DNA of 17,850 nt from a virus (taxonomy: Duplodnaviria > Heunggongvirae > Uroviricota > Caudoviricetes): IMG/VR virus record IMGVR_UViG_2654587568_000021; one strand, written 5' to 3'. Shown here piece after piece: positions 1 to 6,419 of this stretch. Both the position numbers and the translations under genes were made by a program. The first letter of the stretch is position 1; the number at the start of each line of letters is the position of its first letter. The notes beneath the pieces were generated by a model that was not told the DNA's origin, did no database searches, and saw only the letters and a program-made list of their open reading frames with translations.

Positions 1-1215
1 GTGAAACTCAATGCCCGTCAAATAGACACAGCCAAGCCAAAAGAGAAGGCTTACAAGCTGGCCGATGGTGGCGGTTTGTATCTCTTGGTAAAACCTAATG
101 GAGGTAAATACTGGCGACTTAAATATCGTGTAGCTGGTAAAGAGAAGCTATTGGCACTAGGTGTGTATCCTGAGGTTACTCTAGCCGATGCTCGGGCAAA
201 ACGTGAAGATGCGAAAAGAGGTATCGCTGGTGGTATCGATCCGATGGAAGCGAAACGAGAGGAAAAGATTGCCCGGGAAACGCAGTTAAACAACACCTTC
301 AAAGATATTGCACTTGAGTGGCACAGCAGCAAATTAAAAAAATGGTCTGCTGGTTATGCTTCAGACATCCTCGAAGCCTTCAACAAAGATGTGTTCCCTT
401 ACATTGGCAAAAAACCAATCGCCGAAATCAAACCACTTGAACTTCTGAATGTGCTGCGGCGCATCGAGGGGCGAGGTGCTACAGAAAAAGCCAAAAAAGT
501 GAGGCAGCGGTGCGGGGAAGTTTTCCGCTATGCAATAGTCACTGGTCGCGCAGAGTATAACCCTGCACCAGACCTTACTAGCGCGATGCAAGGCCATGAA
601 TCTAATCATTACCCTTTCCTTACAGCCAAAGAATTACCTGATTTTTTCAAGGCATTGTCCAGTTACTCAGGAAGCGCATTGGTTGTTATGGCGGCTCGTC
701 TACTGATTATCACCGGCTTGCGAACTGGCGAACTACGTGGCGCATTATGGGATGAAATTGATTTCAACAAGGCTATCTGGGAGATACCCGCTTCACGTAT
801 GAAAATGCGGCGGCCTCATATTGTGCCATTGTCTGAGCAGGCTCTTTCGCTTATTGGGAAGATTAGAGAAATAACAGGCAATTACCCTCTTATGTTTCCC
901 GGGCGCAATGATCCAAGGAAAACAATGAGTGAGGCCAGCATAAACCAAGTGTTTAAGCGCATTGGCTACGCTGGACGTGTAACTGGTCATGGGTTCCGGC
1001 ACACTATGAGCACGATTTTGCATGAGCAGGGCTATAACACCGCGTGGATAGAAACGCAGCTCGCTCACGTTGATAATAACTCAATTCGTGGCACATACAA
1101 CCATGCGCAATATCTGGATGGAAGGCGGGAGATGCTTCAATGGTATGCCGACTATATGGATGCGCTGGAGAAGGAGGAGAACGTTGTTCATGGTTCGTTT
1201 GGGAAACGAGCTTAA
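1..1215 (+). CDS. int: P4-type tyrosine integrase (site-specific recombinase), 404 aa; ORF opens at the window edge with GTG, so the true start may lie upstream
   Basis: Full-length ORF. N-terminus (AKPKEKAYKLADGGGLYLLVKPNGGKYWRLKYR) matches the arm-binding region I recall for P4-family integrases, and the C-terminus carries R...HxxR...Y catalytic-type residues (GHGFRHT, RGTYNH). Family assignment is from memory, not a search. Confidence 0.88.
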   Translation: MKLNARQIDTAKPKEKAYKLADGGGLYLLVKPNGGKYWRLKYRVAGKEKLLALGVYPEVTLADARAKREDAKRGIAGGIDPMEAKREEKIARETQLNNTFKDIALEWHSSKLKKWSAGYASDILEAFNKDVFPYIGKKPIAEIKPLELLNVLRRIEGRGATEKAKKVRQRCGEVFRYAIVTGRAEYNPAPDLTSAMQGHESNHYPFLTAKELPDFFKALSSYSGSALVVMAARLLIITGLRTGELRGALWDEIDFNKAIWEIPASRMKMRRPHIVPLSEQALSLIGKIREITGNYPLMFPGRNDPRKTMSEASINQVFKRIGYAGRVTGHGFRHTMSTILHEQGYNTAWIETQLAHVDNNSIRGTYNHAQYLDGRREMLQWYADYMDALEKEENVVHGSFGKRA

Positions 1216-1357
1216 CTGTATGAATAGACAGTGTTAAGCAATGGTAGTAGACTTATGTAGACGAACAAAGAATAGGCTATGTCTAGGCTGATCCCCGAAA
1301 ACCCGTACACCCCTACGGGCTGGCATAGCCGTCAGAATTAGGGGCGCGGGGTGGCGT

Positions 1358-2239
1358 ATGGTGAGAGCCAAAAAACAAGATTTAGCATGGTTTGATATTA
1401 GTAATTATGAATTTTTAAATGATTTAACCTTGCCGGACTTGATTCAAGAATTAGAGTGGCGCGATTTTTTATTGCGTCATGCAAAAGATGACACTGCTAT
1501 ATTCAAAGAAGAGTACGATATAAAATATGAAAGGATTTTTTCGGGCGATCCTAACCTAACCATTCTCAATGAAGAAGAGGAAGAGGTTGAAGAATTTATT
1601 CGCAAAGTAAATGATGAAGCCCCATCATTAAGAAATGAGTACGATGATCTTCCCTCATTATCTTCAGCTATGGGGGTTAGTCCAGTAACATTTTCAGAGC
1701 TGGCCATGTACTCTTTCTCATCGATAGATCAAGGCTTTTTTAAAAGAGACGAAGAGGATTGCTACCTCAAGGCAAACGCTATGCTTGCGAGTGTTACTGG
1801 AAACCTAAGTAATTGTTCCCCTAACAGCATACTCGTTTCTATAGATTTAGATGACGCCACTGATGACGAAATTATTACCAGCCTGACTCACCTTCTACCT
1901 CTATGGCGAAAAGAGTTAAAAGTACCAGAGAGAGAGCATGTCGCTCAGAAAAGGATTGGATTAAAGACCCTCCAGAAGTTGATATCTAATAGAGTGATAC
2001 CTATTGTTGATCTGCTGATTTGGGGTGAGAAGTCAGGTAAGGAAGTGAGCAATCCGATGATTTCTGCCTTGGTTTTTAGTGATGATCCGAAAGATACGCA
2101 GGCTATTAAGGAATCAATAAAGCCTTTTGCACTTGAATCCATAAGCGAGAGATACACCCGCTTGCTTCAGCTTTATGTAAACAAAGACAGAGAAATGAGC
2201 TTGATAAAAATATCTGATTTAATGAGTAGAGATTTATAG
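1358..2239 (+). CDS. Hypothetical acidic protein, 293 aa, AT-rich cargo gene directly downstream of int; no recognisable motif
   Basis: Intact ORF with a G-rich stretch before the ATG. One 60-nt sample (1381-1440) is about 27% GC versus roughly 50% in flanking genes. Asp/Glu-rich. No catalytic motif I can recognise. Confidence 0.6.
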   Translation: MVRAKKQDLAWFDISNYEFLNDLTLPDLIQELEWRDFLLRHAKDDTAIFKEEYDIKYERIFSGDPNLTILNEEEEEVEEFIRKVNDEAPSLRNEYDDLPSLSSAMGVSPVTFSELAMYSFSSIDQGFFKRDEEDCYLKANAMLASVTGNLSNCSPNSILVSIDLDDATDDEIITSLTHLLPLWRKELKVPEREHVAQKRIGLKTLQKLISNRVIPIVDLLIWGEKSGKEVSNPMISALVFSDDPKDTQAIKESIKPFALESISERYTRLLQLYVNKDREMSLIKISDLMSRDL

Positions 2240-2282
2240 CAAGCAAAATCCTACGTAAACGTTTTAAGTAAATTTCGCGATT

Positions 2283-2319
2283 TCCGCTTTGAATACGCTA
2301 CTGTGTATTTCAAAGCGGA
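2283..2319. promoter_or_regulatory. Perfect 11-bp inverted repeat TCCGCTTTGAA-N15-TTCAAAGCGGA between the orphan gene and alpA; candidate operator or weak terminator
   Basis: Arms at 2283-2293 and 2309-2319 are exact reverse complements. Followed by an A/T-rich tract, not a clean U-run. Confidence 0.3.
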
Positions 2320-2436
2320 TAATCTTCTCAAAAAAATATTTTATTTTTATCCGCTATCACCCATTCACCGGTTTGTTTAATCTCCTTTCCGTCTACTGAT
2401 GTCCATTAAAGAAGATGACAGAATATAGGAGTAAAC

Positions 2437-2634
2437 ATGTCTCAATCATTTATTCGTCTTTCTGAGGTTCAACGCCGTACTGGTTACAGCAAAGCGTGGA
2501 TTTATCGGCTCATCAAAGAACAGCGATTCCCTCAATCTGTAAAGATTGGAAGCCGATCAATTGCGTTTATTGAAAGTGAAATTGAAGAATGGATTAATCA
2601 GCGCATCGCTGAGTCGCGTGGCGAGGTAGCGTAA
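2437..2634 (+). CDS. alpA: AlpA-family transcriptional regulator / excisionase-like HTH protein, 65 aa
   Basis: AGGAG RBS (taggagtaaacATG). Sequence RLSEVQRRTGYSKAWIYRLIKEQRFPQSVKIGSRSIAF is the characteristic AlpA/MerR-like HTH as I recall it. Stop overlaps the next start (TAATG). Confidence 0.88.
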   Translation: MSQSFIRLSEVQRRTGYSKAWIYRLIKEQRFPQSVKIGSRSIAFIESEIEEWINQRIAESRGEVA

Positions 2635-3065
2635 TGAATAAGAAAAACCGCCCATTACAGGCGGCTAATTCAGATATTCGCGTATCTGATGTTACGCCCC
2701 TGACAAAATCCCTTCAAGCACCAAAGCGCACACCGAAAAAGCATCGTGCCCGAGTCTATATGCTGCGTACTGGTATAGAGGGATGGACAGAAAATGACAT
2801 TCTTAGCTACTGCCGTCTGTCTTCTGGTCGTAACTATGCAACAGAGTTAGAACGCCAGCTTGGAATTACTCTGGAGCGTATCGACGAAAAGAATCCTGAT
2901 GGTATCGGAACACACCTTCGCTACCGTTTCTCCTGCCGTGGTGATGTTCTGAAAGTGATCACTCATGTTAACCATCTTGCGAACATAAATGATCACAACG
3001 GACTTTCTCAGCAGGAAATTGCCGACATTCTGAAACTCTACCCGGACGCGTTTAACGCCGCCTAA
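2634..3065 (+). CDS. Hypothetical protein, 143 aa, translationally coupled to alpA
   Basis: Start overlaps the alpA stop. Basic N-terminus. No motif recognised. Confidence 0.6.
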   Translation: MNKKNRPLQAANSDIRVSDVTPLTKSLQAPKRTPKKHRARVYMLRTGIEGWTENDILSYCRLSSGRNYATELERQLGITLERIDEKNPDGIGTHLRYRFSCRGDVLKVITHVNHLANINDHNGLSQQEIADILKLYPDAFNAA

Positions 3066-3077
3066 CGGAGACTGAAA

Positions 3078-3911
3078 ATGAACATCGAAAAAAGCAGATT
3101 AATTTCTGAGGCCGCCCCTCATCTGAACGCCTCTCTGGGCACAATTAACGGTAATGAATTTGCCGCAATTGTCCCAGTTATTCCTGGTCATATAGGTGGG
3201 CGTGAAACCAATATTGTTAGCGCAAAAGCGTTACACAAAGCGTTGGGCGTGGGAAAAGACTTCTCTACATGGATCACTGATCGCATCTCTGAATATGACT
3301 TCACCATTGGGCACGATTACTCAGTCCATAAAACAATTTCCCCAAATTTGGGGAAAAGCCCGAATGGCGCGGCTTACAGCAAGATTAAGCAGTCTGGCAG
3401 ACCCGGCAAAGACTATCTGTTAAGTGTCGGAATGGCGAAAGAACTGGCAATGATCGAACGCAATGATCAGGGTCGCGCTATCCGCCGTTATTTCATCCAG
3501 TGCGAGGAAGAATTACAGCGTAGCGCGCCTGAAATCGCCGCCCGCTATCGTCGCCAGCTAAAAGCCCGTATCAGTGCCGCAAACAACTTTAAGCCAATGT
3601 GCGATGCGCTGAATATGGCCCGTGCCGAGATGGGGAAAACGACGCAGCAACACCACTACACAAACGAGAGCAATATGATTTCTCGTATCGTTCTTGGTGG
3701 GATAACTGCTAAGCAGTGGGCGCGGATAAATGGCTATTCTGGCGAACCTCGCGACCATATGAACGCAGAACAGCTTGAGCACCTCTCATATCTCGAAAGC
3801 ACCAATATCACGTTAATTGATATGGGCATGGAATATGAGCAGCGCAAAGGAGAACTCACCCGCCTGTCGCAACGCTGGCTCGCCAAGCGTCTGGAGGCGG
3901 TCAATGTCTAA
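3078..3911 (+). CDS. Phage antirepressor-like protein (AntA/Rha/KilA-C type), 277 aa
   Basis: GGAG RBS. The central segment DYLLSVGMAKELAMIERNDQGRAIRRYFIQCEEEL resembles the conserved core of AntA/KilA-C antirepressor domains as I recall them. Confidence 0.65.
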   Translation: MNIEKSRLISEAAPHLNASLGTINGNEFAAIVPVIPGHIGGRETNIVSAKALHKALGVGKDFSTWITDRISEYDFTIGHDYSVHKTISPNLGKSPNGAAYSKIKQSGRPGKDYLLSVGMAKELAMIERNDQGRAIRRYFIQCEEELQRSAPEIAARYRRQLKARISAANNFKPMCDALNMARAEMGKTTQQHHYTNESNMISRIVLGGITAKQWARINGYSGEPRDHMNAEQLEHLSYLESTNITLIDMGMEYEQRKGELTRLSQRWLAKRLEAVNV

Positions 3912-4086
3912 GCCAACAGGAACACCACAACCTCAAAAACGCTACAAAGATGCCCACGGAGCACTCGTTACTGTCGAAAGCGTGTCTCACAACCGAGTGA
4001 CGTTTTATCGCGACGGGTATCAATCGCCATGCGTACAACCGCTGGCGCGCTTCATGAAGGAGTTCGCGGAGGTTAACAAATGCTAA
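3904..4086 (+). CDS. Small hypothetical protein, 60 aa (MSKPTGTPQPQKRYKDAHGALVTVES...)
   Basis: ATG at 3904 overlaps the stop of the upstream gene (ATGTCTAA). Start chosen inside the longer ORF-track frame 3817..4086. Confidence 0.45.
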   Translation: MSKPTGTPQPQKRYKDAHGALVTVESVSHNRVTFYRDGYQSPCVQPLARFMKEFAEVNKC

Positions 4087-4741
4087 CCGTCCAGAAGAAG
4101 ATATTTTCACTGGCTGGTATGTCACCAAAATCCAGCAATATGACAGCAAAGTCTGGCATTAATACAGCAGATACAAGCAAAGTTTATCATTTTCTGGTGG
4201 TAGGAGCGGATGCCTTAACTATGTCAGAAATTACGGTCGATGGTGTTAGCGTTGAGAAGGTCAGCGGCTGCGCCAGAGAATTTCTGGTCGTAGATGGCTT
4301 TCTCTGCTCGCGTAGTGACTCCACAAAAACCTTCGTCCATACGCGCGACGTTAACGAAATGAGCGCGATGTATTGTGCATCTGGTGCTTCCAATACTGAG
4401 TTTTCGGAGTCCATAAAAAAGAGCTTGCCGTTATGCGGCAACACGGTTTATGGTTATAAGGCACCTCATAAAACGGGTGCCGGGATTGGCGTCCTGAAAA
4501 TTCTGAAGGCGACATATGACGCGCCGAGCGTCTTTTTTTATGTCGTAGGTCTGACTCACCCATTTTTTGGGCGTTGGTGTATAATCCAGCGCCTTTGTCA
4601 ATCAATGGTGGCTCAGGCGGGGGCTTCTTCGGAAGCGCCGGTATCCTTCAGAGCCGGTTACGCCAACCCTGTCTGGGCTACCACCAGCGAAATTGGCGTT
4701 TCCGGTGGTAGCGTAACCTGCTATCTGAAGGAGGCTGCCAC
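4080..4741 (+). CDS. Uncertain ORF: frame stays open from an ATG at 4080 (overlapping the upstream stop) through to 5147, crossing a terminator-like hairpin, a promoter and the Icd-like gene; the part shown here may be a real gene, a fused or frameshifted remnant, or non-coding
   Basis: ATGCTAA start/stop overlap at 4080-4086 suggests coupling. An open frame of about 220 codons before the Icd-like start is unlikely by chance, but the translated composition is not convincing and regulatory signals lie inside it. Confidence 0.25.
4518..4539 (+). terminator. Candidate rho-independent terminator (GACGC-loop-GCGTC followed by T7)
   Basis: 5-bp GC-rich stem at 4518-4522 / 4528-4532, then TTTTTTT at 4533-4539. 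Confidence 0.35.
4550..4590 (+). promoter_or_regulatory. Candidate sigma70 promoter with perfect -10 TATAAT (4580-4585) preceded by TG; weak -35
   Basis: gtgTATAATcc at 4577-4587. Lies about 155 nt upstream of the Icd-like gene. Confidence 0.4.
4590..4735 (+). ncRNA. Candidate C4/IsrK-like antisense RNA leader upstream of the Icd-like gene (position-based hypothesis)
   Basis: In P1-type immunity regions a C4 RNA lies between the promoter and icd. Here a promoter-to-icd leader of about 150 nt occupies the same position. No structure or homology was verified. Confidence 0.25.
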
Positions 4742-4936
4742 ATGCTGGCTACTACCCCTACCCAAAAACCGCAATTTATCTGGATTATCGCCGCAGTTCG
4801 CCGCGATTGCCCGACAATTACCGCCAAAATTCATCATATTGCTGCCGAGTCTGAACGCGATGCTCGCCGTTCTCTGGTGCGCGATCACGTCTGCTTTTTT
4901 GCTGGTCGTATCCGCATGGAGGTGGCACATGATTAA
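4742..4936 (+). CDS. Host cell division inhibitor Icd-like protein, 64 aa
   Basis: Strong RBS AAGGAGG 7 nt upstream. Sequence FIWIIAAVRRD...IHHIAAESERDARRSLVRDHVCFFAGRI fits the Icd-like pattern I recall (FxWxxAAxxR ... SE.xARRxL ... FAxR). Confidence 0.7.
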   Translation: MLATTPTQKPQFIWIIAAVRRDCPTITAKIHHIAAESERDARRSLVRDHVCFFAGRIRMEVAHD

Positions 4937-5147
4937 AACCTACGATGTGCATATGGATCCCCTCGAACGCACAAGCCAGATCATCACACTGACAGAAGTG
5001 ATTAACGACATTCTGGTGAGCAACTCTCCCTCACGAGACGAAAGGCTGAAGGCGTTACTCGCGATATTGGATCTCGCCGTTCGTGACGTTCATTTCCTGC
5101 TGGAAGGTGGACAAATGCCAGGAAAAACGGGGGCAACCAATGAATAA
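4929..5147 (+). CDS. Small hypothetical protein, 72 aa (MIKTYDVHMDPLERTSQIITL...)
   Basis: ATG overlaps the Icd-like stop (ATGATTAA), with GGAGG upstream. This is the C-terminal part of the long open frame 4080..5147. Confidence 0.5.
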   Translation: MIKTYDVHMDPLERTSQIITLTEVINDILVSNSPSRDERLKALLAILDLAVRDVHFLLEGGQMPGKTGATNE

Positions 5148-5334
5148 CTCAATTAATACCCCTCGCCTTACGTCAGCACTTCAATTAATTGAGCAAGTAG
5201 CGGCTGTCCTGGTTGCTGTCAGTCTTTCGGCTGAAGAAATGGACGCTGCTGATGTCGTGGATGCGATTAAAGCGCGCTCATCTTTGGTTAACGATGCCCG
5301 TGCAGAGCTGGTAATTCTTGGGGGTGAAAAATGA
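5140..5334 (+). CDS. Small hypothetical protein, 64 aa (MNNSINTPRLTSALQLIEQ...)
   Basis: ATGAATAA start/stop junction with the upstream gene. In frame with ORF-track entry 5083..5334. Confidence 0.5.
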   Translation: MNNSINTPRLTSALQLIEQVAAVLVAVSLSAEEMDAADVVDAIKARSSLVNDARAELVILGGEK

Positions 5335-5594
5335 ATATCAACTTAATTTATCGTCATCCGTGTGAGCTGGAAATTGAATCATTGCTGGGGAGAGAAGAGC
5401 CATATCCAGACACATTCACTCTCGCAGATTGCGCGACTGAACGGCTTACCAGAGCGCGCACAGGTCTGGTTCATGTGATGAATGAGATTGTTCCCTCGGT
5501 GGGAGGGGAACAGGCGACAGTAATCAATAGCTGGCTACAAAAAGTTACCTCCCTGATAGATATCAGTTTAATCGATGTGGAGAGTGCGAAATGA
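5331..5594 (+). CDS. Small hypothetical protein, 87 aa
   Basis: ATGA start/stop overlap with the upstream gene. Part of the coupled chain. Confidence 0.55.
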   Translation: MNINLIYRHPCELEIESLLGREEPYPDTFTLADCATERLTRARTGLVHVMNEIVPSVGGEQATVINSWLQKVTSLIDISLIDVESAK

Positions 5595-5812
5595 CCAACA
5601 TCCAGCTCATTGAAGCGCAATGTCGCATCGAACAGGTTCAGACTGTTTTAGGGTTCTGGCTTGAAGGGGCCAGCCCCAGCAACAGAGACAAGTTAATGAT
5701 TGGCGCGGTTATGTCACTGCTCAATGGCGTACCAGAAGCTATTCAGGAAGCGGACGAATTGTTGGGCAAATATGAGTTACAGAATCATTCAGGCGAGGCG
5801 AAACATGAATAA
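5591..5812 (+). CDS. Small hypothetical protein, 73 aa
   Basis: ATGA overlap with the upstream gene. Confidence 0.55.
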   Translation: MTNIQLIEAQCRIEQVQTVLGFWLEGASPSNRDKLMIGAVMSLLNGVPEAIQEADELLGKYELQNHSGEAKHE

Positions 5813-6407
5813 TTTCTTAACCTTCCATGCAGAAGCAACGCCTGACGGCGTAAACATCATGTACCGCAGCAACGATGGCATGACAGAACGCGTTGAGGCC
5901 GTCTCATATATTGATGCCGTAAATCGTCTGGATGCCGGGGATTATGACGATAAACCAGATGAAGGCATGTTTATACATCTCGCTATTGCCAGTGGCGGCA
6001 ACCAGGGATATTTCGATTACACATCACAGCATCACGTGATTATGTGGCGCTGGCTGATAGCAACAGCATTCATCAATGAAATGAGAAAGGAAAACGGCAC
6101 CGTCAGCATTATTGATGACAGTGGCAATCATTCCGTGGTTTCTGTTTATTCCAATGGCATCGTCGCCATGCCGCTGTATCCAGTAGCAGAGCGCCTCGCT
6201 ATGGCAAACAACATTGAGGGCGCAATGATCGAGAAATATGGTGTTGATGTCGGAACAAAGAATGCCATCATTTTTTACAGCAACATGTTCGATGTCGAAC
6301 AGGGAACACTCACTTCGTTTGGGCGAGAAGTGCTTGCCGATCTTCACAACAGCTTTATTGCCGAACTAAACGAAAACGGCATCCCAGAAGCACCAGTGAC
6401 GCACTAA
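5805..6407 (+). CDS. Hypothetical protein, 200 aa, immediately upstream of the primase
   Basis: ATGAATAA junction with the upstream gene and GAGG RBS. Start chosen inside ORF-track frame 5700..6407. Confidence 0.6.
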   Translation: MNNFLTFHAEATPDGVNIMYRSNDGMTERVEAVSYIDAVNRLDAGDYDDKPDEGMFIHLAIASGGNQGYFDYTSQHHVIMWRWLIATAFINEMRKENGTVSIIDDSGNHSVVSVYSNGIVAMPLYPVAERLAMANNIEGAMIEKYGVDVGTKNAIIFYSNMFDVEQGTLTSFGREVLADLHNSFIAELNENGIPEAPVTH

Positions 6408-6419
6408 ACGGGGGCCAGA

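Noticed and set aside
51-1068. Three - strand ORFs (51..332, 361..609, 793..1068) inside the integrase gene
   Set aside because: Antisense to a well-supported gene, no RBS, low-complexity translations; typical spurious frames.
1298-1320. GC-rich hairpin (CCCGTA-N6-TACGGG) between int and the orphan gene, considered as a retron-like ncRNA
   Set aside because: The downstream 293-aa protein has no reverse-transcriptase YxDD motif, and the hairpin alone is not diagnostic.
6024-6347. 107-aa - strand ORF and other antisense ORFs within 5805..9176
   Set aside because: Embedded antisense in well-supported coupled genes.
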